Positions 34,584 to 45,663 of a DNA stretch of 64,000 nt are shown here, in pieces (positions within the stretch are counted from its first letter, which is position 1; each line of letters opens with the position of its first letter). The translations under genes and the position numbers were made by a program. The DNA comes from Chlorokybus atmophyticus (lineage: Eukaryota > Plantae > Mesostigma and Chlorokybus algae). Below the pieces are notes generated by a model. It saw nothing but the letters and a program-made list of their open reading frames with translations, had not been told where the DNA came from and made no database searches. The stretch lies in NCBI GenBank assembly GCA_009103225.1, contig RHPI01000773.1, positions 334,003-398,002 of the forward strand. The letters run 5' to 3'.

Positions 34584-37420
34584 TGGTAATTGTATCAGTT
34601 ATTCGACGGCATTTTTTTCAAGTGGCAATGAAAGTAGATGACTCTTGCCAATCTTACATAATAACATTCGAAGTTGTCGCGATCACACGATTTTCATGAG
34701 TATTTTCTTTATGTGTCGTCGGGTTTTAATTTGCCCATCGTAGTATAAATGCAGCTTAGGAGTATGGTGTAATGTGCACATATTTCTGTACGAATTCGAA
34801 ATTGTCATTAAGACTCGCATTTTCCTTAAACTTGATGTATATACGCGCATAAGCTTGTAATGATGGCAAGCGCTAAAGCAAGTGCATTGGCCGCGAATGC
34901 AATAAGCTGGTTGCATTATATAAGTTGTTACGAAAATGGTAGACAATGCCGAGCATTAAATAATATTAATAAATTAATCGTTCACAATGCAATAATCTTA
35001 CCGACGATAAATGTTTTTGCATGTGCATGTAGTCTGTATGTGGATAGTACGTTGTAAGATGCAGCTCTTGCATACCTATTGCAGCACGCATACTATGACT
35101 CACATGCATGCGATATCTCAAGCACTTGATTAAGTGTAATATGCCGTTTGATGTATGATAGATCAAACTGATATACCCAATGTTCATCAATTTGATAGCC
35201 TTTACATGACTATAATAGCAACTTTGGCAATGGCAAGGTTGACACTGACATACTAGATGGGTGCGTCTCCTCCTTAACTATGCAATGGTATTTTGCAATG
35301 CCATTTAACCATGCCATATCGCATATGAACCCCGCTGGCTTTGGCTGCCGCAGCCAAGCGGCGCTATACTGCACAGCTTGCCTCTCCGTCTCCGCCTGAT
35401 GCTACCACTTCTCGCCCTTACTTCCCTTCTTATTTCCCCCTCTTTTCTTGCTGTAATATAAATGCCCTTACTTTCATGCAGGCTCGTTCTCGGCTTCGCC
35501 CACACCCGTTTAGCGTCGCCTGGGGTTAATGAACGAGAAGATTCAGTTGCTAGCTCCATACTTATGGTGCATCGTCGTCAAACTATTAACAACGTTTGGC
35601 AGCTTGGAGAATTGGGTGATTGCGCAGTAGGGTAGTAGGGCAGTAGGGATGCTTGTAAGCTTAACAATTGTATATGAGGACGTTTAAAACCACCTTCGGA
35701 ACTACATGTGTCATTGGCGCACCAGCATGATTGCTGATAGCGATGCACATGAAGACACTGCTGTCAGCGGCGACAATATTGAATAATGGCCAATCCGTGT
35801 CTGCATTCACGGACGTAGCAATGTTAGAGACACCTGACCCGCACGACGTCGATTCGTGGTATCTGTTAAACGAGAGCAATGGTTTATGCGTCGCCTAATG
35901 GACACCAATTGGGTCTTCCATGAAGCCGGCAACACGCTTTGATAACCAAAAAAATTTGTAAAGCAACTTCCTTGGCAATGTCGAAAATTACGGAGCATAT
36001 AAAAATTGGTAAAGCAACTTTCTTGATTGGCAATGTCGGAAAATACGGAGCATAATGTTTAAGATTATGTGTAACATTATCATACAAGTCAAATGTTGAT
36101 ACTAGTGCCGTGGATTTTGTGCTTTGGATTCGTTTTTTATCTATTGCAGACTTGCGCCTTGAATAACCTCGATTGTTACAAATCCAAGCTATTGATAAAA
36201 ATAAATAAAGTTCATGTGATTTATGTTTCAAGCTAAAAAGGAGAGCCCATTTGCATCTAATGTGTATCATCAAATGCATATCATTCAACTCAATTATATG
36301 AAACGAGTATTTGTATCTACTCGTGAAAACAAAAAAGTTCATGCAAATTGGTTTATTCAAAATGTACAAATCACTCTATAAAGCGAAATTTAAATCAATG
36401 AATCATTCTCTTCCCGTAATGGGAAGACCAATCGCGATGTTAACGTGATGAATGGATACATCGCGCCTTACCGGATGATACCCATTGGTGTCGCCATGCA
36501 ATGTTGGTTGCATGTAACCGAAGTACGACACTTGCTTGATTTTAATAATATACATAACAAGCTGTAAAGACAGCTGAATTATAACGCCAGTGGGTATCAA
36601 TCAATTATACGTACGCAATACTCAAGCACTTGGCAATAAGAACAACTTCACATGATTACTGCAAATGTACAAATAAAGGCTTGAAGTTGCATATATGGTT
36701 GCGCTAGCTGAGCCCCACGTGGTGCATCGGTATATGGGTGCAGCGTAAGAATGGTGTGCCATGTGTATGTATGTAGTGGCTGGCTATGGAACCAGCGCGC
36801 GTGGTGCGGTAGATGACACCTTCCAAGTAAGCACATGATACATACGTTTTGCACCATAACAATTACATGCAGTTCAGAGCATGTCACACAAAACACTCAT
36901 GGAGCTATTGATCTCCTGGAATATATATTATGGATAAACCTACGATAAGTGTGGCATTAAAGTATGTTCTCTCGACCCCATTCCATGTGTCCAAAAAGGT
37001 TACACACGAAATGATTCAAAGATGAGGGTAATTATTATTACGGGGTTGTGCCACAATGTACGATAGCAATAGTTACTACCCATAAGGAAAGAGTATTGCC
37101 TGCACATCTTCTATATCACTGTGATGTATGATATATTATATCACATATATGCAACATAAATTACGTATTTACTTTGTGCTTTTATCCTAGGACAATGCTC
37201 CTTAATTTTTAAATAAGATATACATACTACACATTGAAGTGTTGTATCGGTACATTGATGTTCAATATACGCACAAAAACATACACGATCAAATTAGAAT
37301 ACGAATTAAGCAAGCCGTGCATAAGAGAAAATGTTGTATCCATAAATAATAACTATCACCATTGCCAGCGTGCAATCCGTTTTTATCCATAAACGCCATT
37401 GCAATTTAGCCTCATTGTGT
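34584..37420 (-). pseudogene. Heavily decayed, apparently intronless myosin-like gene (motor domain plus first IQ motifs)
   Basis: Manual translation shows degenerate myosin landmarks in the right order over about 830 codons: NEA...WR...CT.AMVIVII (N-term), SIVLG*...NT*FM (P-loop region), LLLSYIVAQPRNNNY (switch-1 region, 37042-37028), THIPMHHVGLS*RNHICNFK..VHL (cf. [29 protein letters not shown]), SLIYHTSNGILHLIKCL (cf. LM-TL--T-PHFIRCI), GMQELHLTTYYPH, LPSLQAYAR (IQ). The region is AT-rich. Confidence 0.55.
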
Positions 37421-37847
37421 GCGTGTGTCTTGTTTTCTATCAAAATTGTGACTTAAAGTAGGGAAGGCAATCACCGTTTTCCGTGTCAATAGATGGAAGT
37501 TCATGTACTGTGCATGTCTCATGACTCATGAGACATGCAGCACGCCAGAGCCTGGCTTTGCGTGGTGCATGGTGCTTGACAGTGTGTACCGGTGATATCA
37601 AGACAGTCCGGTGGCAATATCCATTCACTTACTTACAATTAAATGTCGATCCATCCGCTTCATCAGCGCCCAAATCTTGGCAGCTTATCTGCTGCTTTGG
37701 CGGCGGCGTAATTCTCCTTGTCCGGCTTAGGCACCTGTGTTGAGTTGAGCTTTGGTGCCTTGTGCCTTGATTGTTTCATCCTGGCCAACAGCTGAGCTGA
37801 GCTGAGCTGAGTGGGAGTAAGCTGAGCTGAGCTTTGCTTCAAAAGCC

Positions 37848-40800
37848 ATGCCTCCGAAAGGCTCCAAACGTGGGCGGCCACCAAAGGCTGACAAGGAGGT
37901 AATTGATAATTTTGTTTGTCTTTATGGCTGTTTGTGCGTTTGCGTGTTTGTGTACGTTGCTGATGATAGTTGTATAGTCGTAGCTGGTCAAGTCTTACGC
38001 TGACTTGGGCAACAAGACAGGGCTGCTTACAAGAATCAACATGCACATAATTCCAAAGCGTCGTTTTAGTCTTTTGACTACTGCAAGAGTCTTGCAACTT
38101 CATGTTCATATTTATGTGATCCCCTACACACTGTACCAACTTGCCATTCGCAGCTGATTGGCTCATACCGTCAACACCAACTTACAATAGTACCGCTGCT
38201 GATGACTGTCTGTACATGATGTCGTCTGTTTGAATATGTTTCGTATGACACGTTGCAGCATATGCTTTCGAGTGCTTTGGCATACGATTAACCACATGTG
38301 CTTGTTGCATATGTGTGTATATAAACACACATGTGTGGACACGCGCACAGTCACAAGCACATGCATTCACGCATACAATCATACGTATGCGTGCGTATAC
38401 GCGTACATGCGCACCCACGACACGCACTCACAAATACCCACCCACGCACATACACAAACCAGCATGTACCCATCCCCACCCCCACTCCCACTCGCACTCA
38501 CCCCCACCCACCCATCAGGCCTTCCCAGCCAAGCGTCTCAAGCCTTCCTCAGATCAGCCAGAGGGAGGAGGCGGCGACGCGGTCCCGTCGCCGCCGAAGC
38601 GGCCGCGCGGGAGGCCGAGAAAGGACGGAGGACCGCCGCTACCGAGGCAGCCGAAACCAGCGGGGCGGAAACGCGGACGTCCAAAAGTGAGTGGGCAACT
38701 CTGCCGGTGTGGTCTACAAGGCGTTTTGTTTACAGTCGTCGTATGCGGGTGTGCCATTTACACTGTTGAGCTTAACAGTTGTTGTTGGCATGCGATGTGT
38801 GTGTCATGCGTACACTCTATGTGGTGTTTGTGTCGCTTGCGACAACATAATTGACAGGCCAATTCTGTTGTTAAGTGATAATTGTCATGTTCGTGCACGT
38901 GTGAGTCCGCGCATGTGTATATCCGTTTATCGACACAACGCTATCAATGGAGTTGCGTTGTGTACAAGCGTACACGACTGGTATACACAACACACGATCA
39001 ACACACTTCCCAATGAAGGCGGCCTTATTGACATGCGGGCACTATGCAAAGTCACTCGACAGCTCGTTGCTGGGCGTTGTAGTATATGAAGTTGCACACA
39101 TATACTCGCACGTGGACACACACACGCAGACATATGCATGCGCACGCACAGGGACACACGTATACGTGAGCGTGTTTGCATGCATGCGCACACCCACACA
39201 TGCACGTGCGCACGCATACATATGCGTCCTGCGCAAGCACGCACGCACGCACGCAGACACCCCCCCTCTCACAGAAGGCTGACGCCGACGCCGAGACCCC
39301 CCGTCCCGAGTCCAGCAGCCGCGGCGGCAGCAGCGGCGGCGTGACCACTCCCATTCGCGGCCGCGGGCGCAAGGCCGGCCCCGGCAAGACAAGCGGAGCG
39401 TCGAGGCCTAGAGGAAGGCCGAGAAAGGAGGAGGTGGAGAAGAGGAAGAGGGAGGAGGAGGAGGAGGAGGAGGAGGAGAAGGAGGAGCATGAGGAGAAGG
39501 AGGAGGAGCAGGATGAAGAGATGGAGGAGAAGCACGAGGAAGAGAACAAGAACGAGGAGGAGATGAAGCATGAAGAGGAGGAGAAGTTCGCAGAGGGGAA
39601 GCTTGAAGAGGAGAAGCTTGAAGAGGAGGACAAGCATGAAGAGGAGGAGAAGGAGAAGCATGAAGAGATGGAGGAGGAGAAGCATAAGGAGCATGACGGG
39701 GAGCAGGTTGAGGGGAAGAAGGAGGGGGAGGAGCGTAGGGATGAGGACATGAAGGAGGCGAAGGAGGCCAAAGTGGAGGAGCATAAAGAGCAGACGGAGG
39801 GTGAGCAGGAGGGTGAGAAAGGGGGGGGTGGGGGTGACAATGAGAATCAGAGAAAGGCTGTGAAGGGGGAGCATGAGGGTGGGAAGGACGACGATGAGGG
39901 CACCACTGCCCATGATGATGATGCTGCTGCCAAACAGGAGCACGCCGATGATGAACATGAGCAGGAGGAGGAGGAACATGGTGCGTGAGTCAGTACACTG
40001 GTACTCACATATACACACATGTTGCCATCATTTTTGGCTCGTAGGGTTTGGAATGGTGAGAAAGGGGGTTAGGTGGCAAATCACAGCGGGAGCCGTTGTT
40101 GTGCCTAAGAGTGGGAGAGAAACTTTCTGTTTTTGAATTAGATTTGCCCCTGCCAACCCTGAAATGATTTCAAAAAAGTGTTGTGCTGCGCACAACAACA
40201 CTCTTTGTTTTGCTGATGCAATGCGTTATGCCTTTGTGACAGCCGCATTCTTGCGTCTGTGCATGCCCTTGTTGCCCTAATGATGTTCGCGCTAACAGTT
40301 GTATTCCAATTGCCAGTCATGCTCTGCAGGGCAGCGCGTGATTGGTTATAAGAATTTGCCCAAGAGGGCACACTTGATGTCTGGTTGTATGTTCATCACA
40401 TGACAAAGGGTCGGTATGTTGTGTGCTTTGCAGACCGCGCTGATGTGCCGAGTGGAGAAAGGTCGGCCAATGCCTCTCAGCAGGCAGACGATGTCATCAC
40501 TATTAATCGGGCACCAGTTGTAACACTGTGGGCTGCGGTACGTGCATGTGGACGTGTGCGGGTGGGTTGAGTTTGCACGCGTATGTGAGCGTGTGTGTTT
40601 GTCAATGTGTGCATGCGCGATTGTGCCTGCATTCCAATGTGAATTTGCTCCAAAGGATGCATGCGTGTGCGTGTAAGCGCACGTGTCGCCATGCGTGCAT
40701 GCACACGTGTGCACGCAAGGGTGGGCATGTGCGTGTGCTTGTGCAGGCGCACCTGCTCTGCAATGCGAACTTACACATGAGTCCTTCTCTCTACAACGTG

Positions 40801-41589
40801 TGCATCACATCCAGGTTGTGGCCGAGCGCGAGGGTTACAGCTTTGACGAGGGTTTGACCTTCGGCAACGCGATCTCCGGGCTGTACGCGCACGCCAAGGG
40901 CAAGAGCCTCGGCCTGATGGAGGACAAGGAGCACGACGGCAAGGAGCACAAGCAGGACGAAGACGTGGAGAAAGTACCCGTCTTCGGCATGCATCTCAGC
41001 GCCAAACGGACGCCTGAAGGCCTCCGCGCGTTACAACATGGCAAGGTGACAAGATGTGGGTGTGGGTGGGCGTGTGCGTGAGTGTGCGCGCGCGCGTAGG
41101 TCTGTTGGCTGCATATGACTTGTGGCATCATGTTGTTGGTGTTGGGAACAAGATAGTTTATTGACCCATTATTCCATTGTGGCAGCCAATTGACCCAAAA
41201 TATGTGTCGGGCTATCTCAAGCGCGCCTTCAAGGACCACCTTTCTGCAGCAACAGGTGAGATGTGTGTACGAGGGCGTGTGCGCACACACATGCACAAGC
41301 GTGTACCTGTGCATTTGCATTTGTGCAAGTGTGCGTGTGCGCACATATGCTTGCCTATGTGCACATAGTCTAACGCATCCTTCGTAGTACGTGTGTTCGT
41401 CACTCTCACACACAATGTCCTCACTCAGATGCGCTGCGGGAACTGGCTTCATCCTACGCCAAGGACGAGATTGGCCCGGAGGGCTACAACCTCTACACGG
41501 CGTTCCGCCCGTCCGTCGCGGGAGGGAAGGCCGGCTGGGGACAGAAGTCGCAACTCAGCCTCAAACACGTGCGGGACCTCAAGAAGTGA
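37848..41589 (+). CDS. AT-hook and Glu-rich protein with an uncharacterised C-terminal domain (copy 1)
   Basis: Exons 37848-37898 (MPPKGSKRGRPPK), 38519-38686 (RPRGRPRK, RKRGRPK), 39275-39980 (RPRGRPRK plus E-rich tract), 40434-40537 (INRAPVVTLWAA), about 40816-41045, about 41186-41256 and about 41429-41589 (LYTAFRPSVAGGKAGWGQK). All introns are GT-AG and in frame. Confidence 0.8.
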
Positions 41590-41665
41590 GAAGTGTTGGG
41601 CGTTTCCACGCAACAACAGTACCAATGACAACAAGAAGAGGACCGAGCCTCTGAGTGACGACGGC

Positions 41666-41706
<41 letters not shown>

Positions 41707-43229
41707 CGGCAACAAGGACGACGATGATGACAACTCGTTCACACAACCACCACCACGCTGTTGCCGACAATGACAAGAACATGAGGAAGTGTTTATATGG
41801 CTTTTGCATGTAGTGCAATCTGGTTTTTGAGATTCCCCAACTGTATGTTGTACGTTTTTTGAAGTTGTTCATGTATCTATGTTTATGTAATCATGGAAGC
41901 GGTTTTTGGTACTGTTGCGTGCGTGAATAGGCTGCGTAAGGAGAACAACGTCAATGCTTGTCGGGTTTTGCTGTGAACGTTTGTGATGTTCGGCGTTTCA
42001 TTGGTTGGCAGCCGCAACTCTGTCATCATCATCATCATCAAAACGCGCTTAACCACATACTGCAGCTGCTTCAGGGAAGACAAGGCTACAGCAACACAGC
42101 AGAGTGTGTCACACTCTCAAGGCTTGCTGTGCGAAACAGCCACAATAGTATGAAGAACTACAGTTAGAAGGCATTGCATACGGTACCAGATACTGTTCCC
42201 AGCTACCTTGAACAAGAAACATAATCTGTGCTGCGCAGATTGTGTTCTGTGCTCCACACGCACATGCATGCACACGCGCACAAGCCAGAAAGCACACACA
42301 TATGCATGCACGTGCGCGCACACACATGCACCCAGCTGCTTGATCGTGTTGTCTTCTGTCAATGTCAATGGTAAGGTCGTAGTGACATGATTTTGAATTT
42401 GTGGCTTTATTCATACATAGGGTTTCAACCGTAGGCATGTAATGCAGAGGGCCCTGGATTCTGTTTGCTTATATTCCAGGCCCTGGAATATAAGCAGACA
42501 CATCATTCAATGAAACCAGAATAGGCAGTGACACGACCACTGAGACATATACATAAACAACTTCAATTACCTAAGCTCAGCTAGGCTAGGCTAGGGAGCT
42601 GGTTCCTATATGCAATGCAGCCAAAAACAGAGGCAGGTCGGATGACAACAATCAATCACGAACTCTGTGACTGACTGACTTAAAGATCACAGAGAGGCAT
42701 GTGTGAGCTTGCTTTGCATGCAGCTCTTGTAGAAAAGCTGTGTGCTAAAAATATTATGATGCATGCGCTGGATGCCCTATCACAGATGTGACATAAACAT
42801 GACAATTCCGTACATAGCATGCATGGCATACGTATCTATTGTATGGCTAGGGGGTCTACAGAGAAACCACTACTGTATGTGCACATGTGCATGGTCTGAT
42901 TGGGGTATACATAACGTGTACAGTTGCTTACGACACAACGACCATATGGGTTAATGACGAGTGCGTGCAGATGTTACCGCCAAAACATAACCACTCTCAA
43001 CCCACAGTTACATAAGCAGCGCAGCACCCTCTCACTTTCTTTGGGCTTTTATTTGTCACATGGGCTTCCCACTTGACGCCAAATGAACCGCGCAGCACCA
43101 CTCCTGCCCGCTTGCTGCTGTTATCGCACAGTCTACACGTGTATCGGAGGGGCAGAGAAGCCTGCACACAATGTCAACATACCCAACAACATCATCAACA
43201 TCACGACATCACAACACCCTCACAGGGCT

Positions 43230-45056
43230 GCACCAAGTTTGTGACAGAGTGCCTCCCATACGCAAGTGTTCCACATCAACATTGGTTGGTGGATTCTGGC
43301 TGGCACTGAGGGGCGACAAGCTGGAGGACAAGGAGGAGAAGGTCATGGAGAAGGAGGTGGAGGAGGAGGGGGCTGATGACAGGGAGAGAGCCAAGAGGGA
43401 GGCTCGTGAAGGTAAGGAGGAGGAGCGCATGCATGCCGTGTGAAAGAGGCACTGACTGTTTGTGGCGAAAGATTGGTTGCATTATTACATCTGCTCTCTG
43501 ACACAAGTAGAACAGAAACAACGGAGGCTTGCGCACAATCATGTGCATAATCTGTAGAGATTATCCCACAACAGAAAGCTTAGTAGCATACCAAACACGC
43601 TGGTATTGTCATGAAGGTGCCTTGAAATAACCTCTTTTCAGTGCTTACTGACAAAACGACCAAGACCTCAACTATGCATTGGTACATGTAGATGCCCATG
43701 CATGCATGTGTGCATGCACAACCAGCAGGTGTGTTGCCAGTTGAAACCAACAGTACTGCATGCTTTGTTGTGGCGGTCAAGTGCCTGCTGGAGAGGGCGA
43801 AGAAGAAAAGAAAGAAGATGAAGAAGATGACGATATCATTTATGTCAATCGCGCGCCAGTCCTGACACTTTGGGTCGCGGTACGTTCTGCTCAACAAATG
43901 TTTTTTGCACCTCTCTGTAACAACTCTTTTGCCACACGCACAGTCGTACGCACGCACACACGTGCACATATTCTTTCAGGTGGTTGCTGAGAGAGAGGGC
44001 TACTGCTTTGATGAGGGCCTGACCTTTGGCAAGGTGATCGCAGGGCTCTATGCTCACAGGTGCTCTGCGTATTTATGTGTGCGTGTGCATGCTCATGCGC
44101 GTGCACATGTGCGTGTACACGTGCCTGCGCGTTCGCATGCGCATAAGTGTCAACCACATATCATCACAGAAAGGCGAAGCACCTGGGCATAAGGGAGGAG
44201 AGGGGCCTCGCCGCTAGCCAGAGACGGCGCCGCGATGACCCCGACGTTTTCCACATCCCCGTCTTTGGCATTCACCTTGCTGCCAAGCGCACTCCTGAGG
44301 GCCTCCGTGCGCTCCAACACAGCGACGTAGGCCATGCGTTGTACTACAATCATACACTGTCTGTGCACTCTATGCGGCCAAGAAGAGACCAGTACCATCT
44401 TGTGTGCGTTTGTGTTGTCACAAGAACGGTGGCTTACACCCTACCCTTACACGTCGTGTGCTACTATATGCATATGAACCAAGCTCACTGACCCACATGT
44501 GTGCGTGCGCGCGCGTGCCTGTTGATTGTTACAGCCTGTATCTCCAGAGTCAGTGTGCGAGTACCTTAGGCACGCCTTCGGCAACAAGCTTCCCGTCGTG
44601 ATAGGTGAGAGCAAGCCTTTCACCTTAGTCTACTCTCTCCAATGTACATGCACACCTCTGTGTCATGCGTTGGGTACACATATGAGGCACACCATCTTTT
44701 GTACACGCACGCACACGCTCGCACACGCACACTGCTCGCTGTGCGCAGATGCGATGCGTGAGCTTGCGGCGTCTTACAACCCAGACGAGATCAGCCGCGT
44801 GGCATACGACCTCTACACGGAGTTCCGCCCGCCTGTTGCCCCCGGACGTGCCGGGTGGGGACAGAAGGGACCGCTGAGCCTCAGGAAGATACGCGAGCTG
44901 ATGAAGAAGGCGCCGATGGTGAAGGTGAAGGGGAAGGTTGATGCGCGGCAAAATGTGATAGAACAGGATTTAAAGCAGGAGGATGCGAAGCAAGATGTGA
45001 AGCAGCAAGCGGTAAAGCAGCAGGACGTGAAACAGGATGTGAGGCAGAATGGTTAG
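43230..45056 (+). CDS. Tandem paralog (copy 2) of the same uncharacterised domain; 5' end unresolved
   Basis: Exons encode E-rich segments, VNRAPVLTLWVA, VVAEREGYCFDEGLTFG, PVFGIHLAAKRTPEGLRALQH, PVSPESVCEYLRHAFG and LYTEFRPPVAPGRAGWGQKGPLSL, then KQDV repeats. TAG at 45054-45056. Confidence 0.75.
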
Positions 45057-45663
45057 CAGCAGGATGTGAAGCAAGAGCATATGGAGTGAGTTTTGAGAGT
45101 GGGGACTTTACTATCTCTTGTGGCAATAACAGGAGTTGCGTGCTGGATGGATGAATGATATGACAATGCGGAGCATGCAAAGAGAAACGCCGTAGCCAGT
45201 GCAGACACCTAGCCTTCATCGGTGCTGCCAAGTGTGCTTGATTGCATGGAACGTGTTACGCACAAGTCATTGTTGACTAGTGATTGGATACGTTAACCAA
45301 CCCCTATGCATTCTTGGGTTGTTGCGAAGATTGTCGCTACACATGTGCAAACGGAAGCTCGTGGTACTTGAAGACCCATCATATTCACTTATCCTTTTGT
45401 GACAGACGCACTGCCAAGGAGGAGTGTTCGGCAGAAGCTGTGGCACAGCACGGCGTCTTTGCCTGTTGCTGCCGTTGCTGCCACTTCATTGTGGTATAGT
45501 GTCCAATGAGATGGGGCTTATCACCAGGCCAACCTATTGTCACAAGGCAGAGTTGGTGTCAAGATTGATGATGTTATTGAAATCAACCTTCCATATGCTT
45601 GGACAAATAAGGGACGTGGCATCAAAACCAACAAAGAAGATGGCTACCATACCATAGCATGTG

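Noticed and set aside
35884-36369. Second Penelope-like RT (VSTFDLYDNVTHNL resembles TFDFSTLYT)
   Set aside because: No YxDD or other PLE motifs in order. The segment fits better as the LDIYGFE region of the myosin-like relic.
19300-37420. Alternative nuclear code (TAA/TAG = Gln), suggested by stops at Gln positions in the AT-rich fossil
   Set aside because: Prp3, CCT2 and the MCTP gene end in TAG at their conserved C-termini, and the roughly 1280-codon Copia ORF and host exons contain no in-frame TAR. C-to-T decay explains the pattern.
37790-37832. (GCTGA)n tract and (AAC)n at 41665-41710 as regulatory elements
   Set aside because: Ordinary microsatellites in UTR-like sequence, with no evidence of function.
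39052-40018. Ser-rich and Leu-rich minus-strand ORFs
   Set aside because: Antisense shadows of the GAG-rich Glu-tract exon.
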